DNA of 51,018 bases from a virus (Duplodnaviria; Caudoviricetes), in IMG/VR virus record IMGVR_UViG_3300020383_000002, positions 1-51,018 of that record; one strand, 5' to 3'. Every line of letters starts with the position of its first letter. Within the stretch, counting starts at the first letter, position 1. This document shows positions 9,699 to 18,766 of the stretch, piece after piece. Below the pieces are notes generated by a model, which worked only from the letters and a program-made list of their open reading frames with translations, had not been told where the DNA came from and ran no database searches. A program made the translations under genes and the position numbers.

Positions 9699-9847
9699 TG
9701 ACAGTTTCTACGCCAACCAATGAATATCTAAGCTGGAGCCTACCTAGGTTGTGTATCGTGGTTAAGTGTTTACACGCTAGGGATAGTTCTCTTAAGTTTA
9801 GGATTAGACGCTACAAGGGTATATGGAATCTTAAGGTATATACCTAG
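9698..9847 (+). CDS. Hypothetical 49-aa protein (not in track)
   Basis: GAGG SD and TGATG coupling. Confidence 0.45.
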   Translation: MTVSTPTNEYLSWSLPRLCIVVKCLHARDSSLKFRIRRYKGIWNLKVYT

Positions 9848-9969
9848 AATTATATCTGTTGGTTATTAACATTATTATAACCAACAGAACATATACCTTG
9901 TATATACCTAGTATATATATCTTAAAGGGCGTAATATTATATACTGGAAATTACAGAAAAACCCAGAAA
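9835..9969. repeat. AT-rich element, copy 1 (copy 2 at 46324..46443)
   Basis: Shared GGTATATACCTAG, TCTGTTGGTTA..TAACCAACAGA inverted repeat, TTATATACT..AAAACCCAGAAA. Confidence 0.85.
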
Positions 9970-9989
9970 AATAATTGGAGAAAATTGCT

Positions 9990-10181
9990 ATGGCCTTGTT
10001 TTCTTTGAAGCGTATCTTTGATAGAGAGGCAGAGATTATCCGACTAAGGAGAGCTAATAAGGGTATACAAGAGGCTTGGCTTTCTCAGCCTTATGTATGC
10101 AAGGGGGAGTTAGGAGGGAAGGATATTATTCTTTACGACCCCCTTACCCAAGAGTATCACACTTATGAGAAAACACGTTAG
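9990..10181 (+). CDS. Hypothetical protein
   Basis: GGAG SD before ATG 9990. Confidence 0.55.
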   Translation: MALFSLKRIFDREAEIIRLRRANKGIQEAWLSQPYVCKGELGGKDIILYDPLTQEYHTYEKTR

Positions 10182-10318
10182 CAGTTATGTGATGCGTCTT
10201 AGGCTGATTTCTGCTGCAAAATAATTTCTGGAATCGAGCATGAATCGAATTGAAATGATTGCATTGGCAATCTTTGTTGTATCCATCAGCTACGCTATTA
10301 TGCGTTAGGAGTTGTAAC

Positions 10319-10558
10319 ATGAACGGTAAACAAGCACGCCACCTGCGTAACCTCATCAACACTGAAGCTGCTGACCTAGCTGAAGTGAAGTATCAACAGA
10401 CCAACAAGCGTACTAAGAACCTTGTTGTTGGCTTTACAGCGTCAGGTGAGGAACGAACAGTTCCTTATGAAACATTCACTATTGAAATGGACGCTTGTAA
10501 GCGTAAACTCTACCAGAAAGCTAAGCAACTCCACTACAAGTTCTTAGCACTGGCCTGA
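10319..10558 (+). CDS. Hypothetical protein (start MNGKQ)
   Basis: AGGAG SD before ATG 10319. Confidence 0.7.
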   Translation: MNGKQARHLRNLINTEAADLAEVKYQQTNKRTKNLVVGFTASGEERTVPYETFTIEMDACKRKLYQKAKQLHYKFLALA

Positions 10559-10639
10559 ATGTAGCTCTATAACGCCCTGTAAGCCTCTCTGAGGGGTTTT
10601 AGGGCTTAACCTAACCCAACACACTAGGTAGGTGTTAAA

Positions 10640-11737
10640 ATGTCTCAGAGCGCTTCTTTTAAAGCGGGTGATAAAGTCATTATGGTGGCCAAGGAGCCTA
10701 AATGGGGGCATACTTTACGAATGAGTAGGTGGATTAGAGATAAAACCATCCTAACTATCGACCATGTTATAGATAGTGCCCGAGTAATTATTGATGACCT
10801 AGCTGTAAGCCCCTCTACCCTAGTCTATGCTGATCCTGAGCTTATGGCGAAGATGGAAGCTGAACGTAAGGCAGAGGCTGAGCGCTTAGCTAAGATGGAC
10901 AAAGGGAAGTACATTAGCCAAGCTAAGGCTTTACTAAAAGCTGTACGCCAGCGTAGCGACAATGGCATTGCTGTTCACGCTAAGTATAAACAAGAGCCGA
11001 GCGTAAGTTACGGCCCATGTCACGGATTTGTACGTAACAATGGCTGTGCTAAAACAATGGCTCTTGTCACCCTGATCAATCGTACTAAGAGCCAACATGG
11101 CTATAAACAGGTTGATGAGAAAATTGCTATCCGTTGGTTTGATTTCATCTTCAACCGTAGCCCTTGGGCTGATTGTTTTGAAGAGAAAAATGCCTTAGTT
11201 GCATGGAACAGTTTCTCTGTCTCCATGAACGTGTCAGCCCCAGCTAATCTATTGCAGGGGGCGCTAATGACAACACGCCATACATGGGAAAAGAACACCC
11301 GTGTAGAGCTTTGGTATAAGTTGGTTAACCTAGGTGTGGATGAGCGTCATGCCTTCCTAGCTATGAACTTCGCTTGTGCTGATGGGGATAGCATCACGAT
11401 ATCTGCCTTAGCTTCTGACCACTCTCCTGTTGATGCACACCGCATCACTAAGAAGGGTGTCAACCTTTTCATGTCCAAGCCTTACAAGAAAAACTTAACC
11501 GACCCTTATAACAAGGACGGTAATTACTCAGGCGTTAAGGCCATGTGGGAAGTGGGTAGCCAAACAGTTATTGAAGGGTTTCGTAAAGCCTTCATAAAAG
11601 CCTGTCAGGAGCCTTCTAAGGCTGTTGTTATCAACCCCTTTATGAAGGCCAAGAAGAGCGCGAAAAAGACTTCTAGCATGTCTGTTGAGCGATATGCAGC
11701 CTTTGTAACATCATTCTTTACTGAACTTACTGCTTAA
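10640..11737 (+). CDS. Hypothetical protein preceding amidoligase cluster
   Basis: 365 aa, AGGT SD. Confidence 0.85.
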   Translation: MSQSASFKAGDKVIMVAKEPKWGHTLRMSRWIRDKTILTIDHVIDSARVIIDDLAVSPSTLVYADPELMAKMEAERKAEAERLAKMDKGKYISQAKALLKAVRQRSDNGIAVHAKYKQEPSVSYGPCHGFVRNNGCAKTMALVTLINRTKSQHGYKQVDEKIAIRWFDFIFNRSPWADCFEEKNALVAWNSFSVSMNVSAPANLLQGALMTTRHTWEKNTRVELWYKLVNLGVDERHAFLAMNFACADGDSITISALASDHSPVDAHRITKKGVNLFMSKPYKKNLTDPYNKDGNYSGVKAMWEVGSQTVIEGFRKAFIKACQEPSKAVVINPFMKAKKSAKKTSSMSVERYAAFVTSFFTELTA

Positions 11738-11766
11738 AGAGTTATACACTCTAGGAGGATAGTATC

Positions 11767-13035
11767 ATTTGTGGCTTAGTTGGCGTAGCTGGTGACATTA
11801 ACGCACCAGAGAAGAAAGCCTTTAAAGACCTTCTTCATCTGGACATTCTACGTGGCCCACACTCCACTGGTGTGGCTTCAATCAATGCAACTGGGTGGAA
11901 CCTAGTTAAAAAGAAGGGGAATGCTTGGGACTTGTTCGACACCAAAGCATACGATGAGGTAATGCGTCCCATCTCTTACGCTCTGATTGGGCACAATCGG
12001 TACGCTACCAAGGGTAAGATAAATAACATCAACGCCCACCCCTTTGAATTTGAGCATGTGGTAGGTGCCCATAACGGAACTATCCGTGGGCAGTGGCGAC
12101 TTCCTGACTCTACTGACTTCGAGGTGGACAGTGAGAATATCTTCCACTCTATTGAGACAATGGGACTAGAATCCACACTGGCTGTCTTAGATGGTGCTTA
12201 CGCTTTAACCTATTGGGATAAGCGCACAGAGGAACTTATCCTCTTGCGTAACTCAGAGCGTGAGTTGTCATACTGCTACTCTAAAGATGGCTCTGCCCTC
12301 TTCTGGGCAAGCGAACCTTGGATGTTGCATGTTGCCTTGAGCAGGAACAATGTGAAGTATGGGGAGGTATTTGATGTAGCTCCTTGCCATATCCATCGCT
12401 TCACTTTCCCTCTCAAGTATCAGAAAGATTCACAGGTTAGCTGCTCCATCCAGAAGTTCAAGGAGTTCATCCCCCCTAAGCCTGCTACCACCGCTTATAA
12501 CAGTCCTTATAAGGCGGGTGGTACAAAAAAGCTCGAAGACAAGACAGGAAAGACAGACGAAGTAAGCAAGGTGAAAGACCTCCTTGGTAAACGTATACAG
12601 TTTATCATTGATGGAGTGGCATACACCACTAACCGCCATGCTTACATCTCTGGTACAGCCCTTGAGTATGAGGGCGTAGAGGTTAAGCTCTACCCTCTGC
12701 CACAGAGTAAGCTGTGGAAGGAGCTTATTGCCCTGTCAGGTGACACAATCTTTGAAGGGGATGTAGCTTCCACTGTCCTGTCGGCTAACCAAGTGACTGT
12801 GAACTATCAGACAGTTGAAGAGGTAGAAGATACAGATGAAGACACCATCCTTGGGTATGAGAACAAGTACCTAACAGAGCAGCAATACTTAGAGAAGACG
12901 CATAAAGGCTGTGCTTGGTGTGCGTCTCCTGCTGGATTAAGCCAAGCACAAACAATCATGTGGATTAACCACGACACCTTTGTCTGTGAAGATTGCTCTA
13001 CTACAGACGAAGTGAAAGAACATTTACAGGGGTAG
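11767..13035 (+). CDS. Class II glutamine amidotransferase (Ntn), ATT start
   Basis: (M)CGLVG..RGPHSTG..GHNRYAT..NAHPF..HNGTI..VDSE motifs; AGGAGG SD 8 nt before ATT. Confidence 0.85.
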   Translation: MCGLVGVAGDINAPEKKAFKDLLHLDILRGPHSTGVASINATGWNLVKKKGNAWDLFDTKAYDEVMRPISYALIGHNRYATKGKINNINAHPFEFEHVVGAHNGTIRGQWRLPDSTDFEVDSENIFHSIETMGLESTLAVLDGAYALTYWDKRTEELILLRNSERELSYCYSKDGSALFWASEPWMLHVALSRNNVKYGEVFDVAPCHIHRFTFPLKYQKDSQVSCSIQKFKEFIPPKPATTAYNSPYKAGGTKKLEDKTGKTDEVSKVKDLLGKRIQFIIDGVAYTTNRHAYISGTALEYEGVEVKLYPLPQSKLWKELIALSGDTIFEGDVASTVLSANQVTVNYQTVEEVEDTDEDTILGYENKYLTEQQYLEKTHKGCAWCASPAGLSQAQTIMWINHDTFVCEDCSTTDEVKEHLQG

Positions 13036-13037
13036 TT

Positions 13038-13232
13038 ATGAAGAAATACGGGTACAAAGAGGCCAAAGTGCTAGAGGCCGATAGCTTCTGGAAATACCAT
13101 ATCTATGGTAAAAAGTTTGGTATTTGGTGGAAAATTGGGGGTAGGGATACCCTATCCAGCGCTCGATCAATGGCTACCGGAGCTTTAAAACCTGATAACT
13201 GCGTTTTACACATTAAATCTGAGGAGAAGTAA
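13038..13232 (+). CDS. Hypothetical protein
   Basis: ATG directly after GATase stop. Confidence 0.6.
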   Translation: MKKYGYKEAKVLEADSFWKYHIYGKKFGIWWKIGGRDTLSSARSMATGALKPDNCVLHIKSEEK

Positions 13233-13234
13233 AC

Positions 13235-14068
13235 ATGGCTACTCGTAACGTAATGGTTGGTTGTGATCCTGAGCTGTTTCTGCGTAAAGACGATTCTTTC
13301 GTCTCAGCTTACGGCCTCATCCCTGGTACTAAGGCAGACCCCCACCGTGTACGGTCTGGTGCTGTACAGGTGGATGGTATGGCTGTTGAGTTTAACATTG
13401 AACCTGCCACCACACTACGTGGGTTTAAGTCTCGCATCAAAGCTGTACGCCGTCAGTTAGAGGCTATGCTAGAGGGCTATGAGTTGGTTTCTAGCCCCAT
13501 TGCTCACTTCGATGAGGCATACATGCGTAGTCAGCCAGAGGAAGCCTTAGAGCTAGGCTGTGACCCTGACTACAACGCTTACACAGGGGAGGCTAACGAG
13601 CGTCCTAACGGTAACGTCTCTTTCCGTACAGCAGGGGGTCACGTTCATATTGGCTGGACTACAGATGCTCCTCTTGACCACCCAGACCACGTAGAGGCAT
13701 GTCGTATGCTGACTCGTGAGCTGGACTTCTACCTAGGTGTCCCCTCCTTGTTCTGGGATACAGAGGATGGTCGTCGGGCTATGTATGGTAAGGCAGGGGC
13801 TTTCCGCTCTAAGTCTTATGGTGTTGAGTACCGTAGCCTGAGTAATGCTTGGCTGGCAGATGATGACATCATGGGGTTTGTATTCAAGCAGACACAGAAA
13901 GCCTTTAAGAATTTGGTAGATGGGCATTCCCTCTACAATAAGTCCAGCAATGCTGCTAAAACTGCTGTTGATAATAACGACCGTGAACTAGCCCAGGCCA
14001 TCCTTAACCATGAGGGAGCGATTCTAGATGGAGTAGAGGAGCTGTTTGCACGTATTACAGGAGAGTAA
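13235..14068 (+). CDS. phiEco32-like COOH-NH2 ligase type 2
   Basis: VGCDPELF, QVDGMAVEFN, GCDPD, GGHVHIG, YGKAGAFR, GVEYRSLSN. Confidence 0.9.
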   Translation: MATRNVMVGCDPELFLRKDDSFVSAYGLIPGTKADPHRVRSGAVQVDGMAVEFNIEPATTLRGFKSRIKAVRRQLEAMLEGYELVSSPIAHFDEAYMRSQPEEALELGCDPDYNAYTGEANERPNGNVSFRTAGGHVHIGWTTDAPLDHPDHVEACRMLTRELDFYLGVPSLFWDTEDGRRAMYGKAGAFRSKSYGVEYRSLSNAWLADDDIMGFVFKQTQKAFKNLVDGHSLYNKSSNAAKTAVDNNDRELAQAILNHEGAILDGVEELFARITGE

Positions 14069-14069
14069 T

Positions 14070-14648
14070 ATGCTCTTTGACAACATGCGAGACGCTATTA
14101 GTCGTCTCTCAGACACAGTGGTAACCTACCGAGGCAAGGCCATGTTTGTTGAGGGCATCACCGATAACTTAGAGTTATCGGGTTTCCTCATCCTAGGGCG
14201 TGAGCCTGTTGTAGCTTCACAGGACGACCCTTCCCTTAACATGGCTTGCCCTGAGGTAGGGTTTGTCAACACTGAAAGCGGTGCTCACTACTTCATGCGT
14301 CAGCCTATGAGACGCTGGAAACAAGGCATCGACTTCCGTGCCCTTGTATGCCCCTACTCAGGTATCCGCCCTCGTGGCCTCCTCACTCTTGAGGATTTGG
14401 CGAAGTGTTTAGAAAATGTCTACCCCAGCTTTGAGGAGGCTTCCCATACACAACGTAGTCTCAACCCTTTTAAGCAGAGGGAAGAGCTACATAGTCTAGC
14501 CTTTTGTAAGACATTCTCTGTAAGCGAGGGGCCGAGTGGCCTCTTGCTTAACTACAAGGGGCGTGAGGTGGGGGTTGTAGAGAGAGGCAACCCTGTACTA
14601 GCCCCTAAGTTTGAATGGCTACGTGAGTCTCTACAGGAGGCTATGTAA
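14070..14648 (+). CDS. Hypothetical protein of amidoligase cluster
   Basis: AGGAG SD, 192 aa. Confidence 0.8.
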   Translation: MLFDNMRDAISRLSDTVVTYRGKAMFVEGITDNLELSGFLILGREPVVASQDDPSLNMACPEVGFVNTESGAHYFMRQPMRRWKQGIDFRALVCPYSGIRPRGLLTLEDLAKCLENVYPSFEEASHTQRSLNPFKQREELHSLAFCKTFSVSEGPSGLLLNYKGREVGVVERGNPVLAPKFEWLRESLQEAM

Positions 14649-14860
14649 TGGCTAGAAAATTATTCTTTGCAAAGGTTAATGACACACCACGGATGAGGCA
14701 TTACCGAGTCTCTGGACTGATTGGGGGCACTGTTGTGGTGTATAAGAACCTCTCCACAGACACGGTGGTTTTTCTTGAAAGAAGGCGGATTACAGAATAT
14801 GGTTTTCTGGAACATTGTGGCGGAATAGTTGGCCTTGACTACACCCTCTTACACGATTGA
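14648..14860 (+). CDS. Hypothetical protein
   Basis: TAATG coupling. Confidence 0.6.
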   Translation: MARKLFFAKVNDTPRMRHYRVSGLIGGTVVVYKNLSTDTVVFLERRRITEYGFLEHCGGIVGLDYTLLHD

Positions 14861-14870
14861 GGAGATTAAC

Positions 14871-15770
14871 ATGACAGTGGCTAAGATGTTTGGGCTACGT
14901 AGAACATGCAATGCAGATGTAGGTATTGAGATTGAAGTGGAAGGCAAGCGTCTCCCATACGACCGAGTGAGCAGCACATACTGGCATGTAGAAGGGGACG
15001 GTAGCCTACGTGGTGATGGCTTAGAGAACGCCTGTGAGTTTGTACTGGCAGAGCCTATGTCTCTTGGTAAGGCTAAGGATGCGTTAGTACACTTGGATGA
15101 CTGTTACGAGAAGAACAAGTCTGTGGTTAACGACTCTCCTCGTGCTGGTGTACACATCCACGTTAACTGCCAGAATCTCTCTCTCCTTGAGCTGTATAAC
15201 TTCATCACTGCCTATCTCATCTTTGAGAACTGCCTTGTATCTTTCTGCGGGCCAGATCGTGAGGGCAACCTCTTCTGCTTACGAGCTAAGGATGCTGAAT
15301 ACCTCATCTACTCTCTATGCCGTGCATTAGAGACAGGTTCTTATCGGCGTACTCTATGTACTGATGAGTTACGTTATGCCTCTATGAACGTCCGTGCCCT
15401 AGGTTCTTATGGCTCTCTTGAGTTCCGAGCTATGAGAGGCACCCGAGACATGGGCAGAATTGCTCTGTGGGCAGAGATTCTAGTTAACTTGAGGGATAGG
15501 TCAGTTTCTTTCCAAAACCCCGTAGAGATGATTATGGAGAGTTCTGAGGGGGGCTTTGAAGCATTGGCTGAGAAGTTATTTGGAGAGCACGCTAGTGTCA
15601 TCTATGCTCAACCTGACTGGCAGGCTAAGGCTGTAGAGGGTATGCGGAGAGCACAAGAGGTTGCCTTCTCTGGGGATTGGGAGGAGATTGCCAGCCTCCC
15701 AAAGCGCCAAGTTGGGGGCGTGACAGTGACAGAGGATTGGGACGACGACTTCCCCCCGATAGACTTTTAA
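14871..15770 (+). CDS. Putative amidoligase (COOH-NH2 ligase family)
   Basis: GIEIEVEG, DGSLR, GVHIHVN, RYASMN, LEFR; GAGGAG SD. Confidence 0.85.
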   Translation: MTVAKMFGLRRTCNADVGIEIEVEGKRLPYDRVSSTYWHVEGDGSLRGDGLENACEFVLAEPMSLGKAKDALVHLDDCYEKNKSVVNDSPRAGVHIHVNCQNLSLLELYNFITAYLIFENCLVSFCGPDREGNLFCLRAKDAEYLIYSLCRALETGSYRRTLCTDELRYASMNVRALGSYGSLEFRAMRGTRDMGRIALWAEILVNLRDRSVSFQNPVEMIMESSEGGFEALAEKLFGEHASVIYAQPDWQAKAVEGMRRAQEVAFSGDWEEIASLPKRQVGGVTVTEDWDDDFPPIDF

Positions 15771-15882
15771 CCGCTGAGGAAATAGCTAATAGCTGGACAG
15801 AAGCTAGAGAAATGCCCTCAACCCGACACACCATTACCTTCGATGAAGCAGTTGATCTTGGACTAATTAGAGGTTATCACTA

Positions 15883-16653
15883 ATGCGTAATACAATCCTA
15901 TACCCGTACAAGCCTGGAAGTAACTCAGCTCGTGAGTTAGCTCGTGAGTTAGAAGTACGCCGTATGTCACATCGTAACTCTACATTCCGTGGCAACCCTA
16001 ACAAACTTGTAATTAACTGGGGGGCTTCACGCTTACCAGAAGAGGCTCTTAAGTGTCAAGTTATTAACGAACCTGACGCTGTACGACGTGCCTCTGATAA
16101 GCTACAGTTCTTCACTCATGCTGATTGCCGTAAGCCTTGGTGGACAGAGAGTTGGCAAGAGGCTATTGAGTATTGTAATGAAGAGGGGGCGACTATTGTT
16201 GTACGCCACGTACTCAATGGGCATAGTGGTGAGGGCATCCAGCTTGTAGAGCCTGGGAACTATATGCCAGAGGGTGCCCCGCTATACACAGCCTATGTCC
16301 CTAAGAAACATGAATACCGCGTCCATGTATTTAATGGGGAGGTTATTGATGTTCAACGTAAGGCACGTCGTCGTGACGTAGCTGATGAAGATGTCAACTG
16401 GAAGGTGCGTAATAATGCTAATGGCTTTGTATTTGCTCGGAACGGTGACGCTCTTGGTACTGTCCCAGATGACGTACTTCGTCAGGCCACCCAAGCAGTC
16501 ACGAGTCTTAACCTGCACTTTGGTGCTGCTGATGTTATCTTTAACGAGCGTCAATCTCTGGCTTATGTACTAGAGGTTAACACTGCCCCTGGTTTAGAGG
16601 GCACTACCCTAACTAACTATGCTAACGCTTTCCGGAGCCTGCGAGATGAATAA
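15883..16653 (+). CDS. ATP-grasp peptide ligase (RimK-like)
   Basis: INWG, SDKL, EYRVHV, FGAADV, VLEVNTAPG. Confidence 0.9.
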   Translation: MRNTILYPYKPGSNSARELARELEVRRMSHRNSTFRGNPNKLVINWGASRLPEEALKCQVINEPDAVRRASDKLQFFTHADCRKPWWTESWQEAIEYCNEEGATIVVRHVLNGHSGEGIQLVEPGNYMPEGAPLYTAYVPKKHEYRVHVFNGEVIDVQRKARRRDVADEDVNWKVRNNANGFVFARNGDALGTVPDDVLRQATQAVTSLNLHFGAADVIFNERQSLAYVLEVNTAPGLEGTTLTNYANAFRSLRDE

Positions 16654-16837
16654 CTATCTAGTATTAGGGACAGGTGGGCAATTTGTAACAGGAAACCTGC
16701 ATCTCGAAGGGTTGAGGCTAACTTCTCGAAAAGACTCTGCTAGGATGGACGGGCCTAAGGCTTTAGAAATAATGGCTCATCTAAACAGACGAAAGGAAAC
16801 CCCTACCTTCAACATCAAACACCACACAGAAGTGTGA
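16646..16837 (+). CDS. Hypothetical protein
   Basis: Overlaps ATP-grasp stop; GGAG SD. Confidence 0.55.
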   Translation: MNNYLVLGTGGQFVTGNLHLEGLRLTSRKDSARMDGPKALEIMAHLNRRKETPTFNIKHHTEV

Positions 16838-16963
16838 CAAGAATAGTTATGTGAGAGCATAACAATAGTTATGTGATGCGTTATAGCACAATTTTTGCTA
16901 CAAAATATTTTCGGGAATTAAGCCCACCAGGGGTATATAACCATTACCCCTTTGGAGAAAGTT

Positions 16964-17374
16964 ATGACAACAATTGCGTATAAAGATGGTGTGGTGGCAT
17001 GTGACTCTCGTATGGCTGAAGGGGGCATGATTCTACATGACGACTACAACAAGCATAAAGTTGTAGAAGGTGTACATTTCTTCTGTGCTGGATCGGTTGA
17101 TGACATACCTGCTCTAATTCAGTTCTATTTGGCCGGAGAAGAGCGGCAAGGCCGATGCACTGCCATAGTAGTGGATGAGGGAGAAGTCTTATCTGTGAAG
17201 CTAGGAGACGGCTTTACGGAGGTTACCCCTGTAGACTACCCATACGCTATTGGTTCAGGCACAGAGTTTGCTCTAGCTGCTATGGATATGGGGGCTGACG
17301 CTAAAACGGCTGTCAAGCAGGCTATGAAGCGTGACTGTTTTACTGGAGGACGAGTGAGGACATTTAAAGTATGA
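16964..17374 (+). CDS. HslV/proteasome-beta-like Ntn peptidase
   Basis: M-TTIAY N-terminal Thr, ACDSR, AIGSG, D..TGG. Confidence 0.8.
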   Translation: MTTIAYKDGVVACDSRMAEGGMILHDDYNKHKVVEGVHFFCAGSVDDIPALIQFYLAGEERQGRCTAIVVDEGEVLSVKLGDGFTEVTPVDYPYAIGSGTEFALAAMDMGADAKTAVKQAMKRDCFTGGRVRTFKV

Positions 17375-17922
17375 ACTACGATGATGCTTTTGAAAGAGTG
17401 ATAGGGCACGAAGGTTCTTTCCAGAATGACAGGAAAGACAGGGGGAACTGGACAACAGGTGTTGTAGGGCAAGGTGAGCTAAAAGGAACTAAGTATGGTG
17501 TAAGTGCTATGTCTTACCCTGACCTAGACATTAAAAATTTAACATTACAAGAAGCTAAAGAGATTTACTACCAAGACTTTTGGCTTCGTGTTAAGGGGGA
17601 CTCTCTACACAGCGCATTAGCATATCAACTATTTGATTCCGCTATTAACCACGGTATTGGTAACGCTATCCGAATGTTACAAAGGGCTGTAGAAGTGACA
17701 GATGATGGCAGGGTGGGCCCTATGACTTTAAGGGCTATTGATATGATTGGTATTGACGATGTGCTTAAATACTTTAATGCTGAGCGTATAGATTTCTTTA
17801 CTAAGATTTCTACATTCAATCAGTATGGCAGAGGGTGGATGAGGCGTGTAGCTGACAATCTTCGATATGCAGCAGACGATTACACCGCCCCCTGGTATGG
17901 GCAAGTGGAGCTAAAACGATGA
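17371..17922 (+). CDS. Endolysin, GH108 with peptidoglycan-binding domain
   Basis: HEG..D.G..TKYGVS, FDSAINHG, DG.VGP.T, YGRGW.RR. Confidence 0.9.
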   Translation: MNYDDAFERVIGHEGSFQNDRKDRGNWTTGVVGQGELKGTKYGVSAMSYPDLDIKNLTLQEAKEIYYQDFWLRVKGDSLHSALAYQLFDSAINHGIGNAIRMLQRAVEVTDDGRVGPMTLRAIDMIGIDDVLKYFNAERIDFFTKISTFNQYGRGWMRRVADNLRYAADDYTAPWYGQVELKR

Positions 17923-18251
17923 GCAATATTACTTCTGTAACAGTGACAAAGAAAACCTACCCGCGTAACAAAGACATCATCTCTTTCTTCCAAGCTAAAG
18001 GTTTGTATGAAAAGACAGACGAGTTCAAGCAGTTTGAGAAGCTGGAAGAGGAAACCGATGAGCTTCTGGAAGCGCTTAAGTTTAAGAGCAAAGAGGAAAT
18101 TCTATCAGAGGCAGGAGATTGCTACGTATGCCTTGTAAATGTCCTACATTGCTGTGGACTTACTTTAGAGGACGCTGTTAACTCTGCTGTAGACAAAGTT
18201 ACTAAGCGTAAGGGTAGTGTACAAGATGGAGTGTTTGTTAAGGAGGCGTGA
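17919..18251 (+). CDS. MazG-like NTP pyrophosphohydrolase
   Basis: [27 protein letters not shown]. Confidence 0.8.
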   Translation: MSNITSVTVTKKTYPRNKDIISFFQAKGLYEKTDEFKQFEKLEEETDELLEALKFKSKEEILSEAGDCYVCLVNVLHCCGLTLEDAVNSAVDKVTKRKGSVQDGVFVKEA

Positions 18252-18766
18252 TGGAGGCTACACAATATTTTTACTTGCGAGTTCTTGGGGAGTTGCCAAT
18301 ACGGACTAAAGACCGGCGTGTAAAGTACGCTTGTGTATGTAAATGTGGAAACCTCGTAGCCGTTGCAGGAAGAGCCTTGCGGAAGGGTACAACTAAAAGC
18401 TGCGGATGTTACCTAAAAGATCATGCTATTAGTTTCAATAAAGAAACTAAGACTAAAAAAGTGGAAGGTATCAGAACAAAATTACATCCGCTATTCCGAA
18501 CTTACTCGGGAATGAAAACACGTTGTCTTAATGAAAAACACACTTACTACCACTGCTATGGTGGGAGGGGTATCACGATTTGTGACAGATGGTTAAACTC
18601 TTTTGAAGCCTTCGTAGAAGACATGGGGCCAAGACCAGAAGGACATACCCTAGACCGTATTGACAACGATGGCAACTATGAACCTGGGAACTGTCGTTGG
18701 GCGACTCGTAAAGAGCAAGCGAATAACCGATCAAACAATGTAGGAGGGGAGAATGGCAGGAACTAG
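18251..18766 (+). CDS. Free-standing HNH homing endonuclease
   Basis: [37 protein letters not shown]. Confidence 0.9.
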   Translation: MEATQYFYLRVLGELPIRTKDRRVKYACVCKCGNLVAVAGRALRKGTTKSCGCYLKDHAISFNKETKTKKVEGIRTKLHPLFRTYSGMKTRCLNEKHTYYHCYGGRGITICDRWLNSFEAFVEDMGPRPEGHTLDRIDNDGNYEPGNCRWATRKEQANNRSNNVGGENGRN

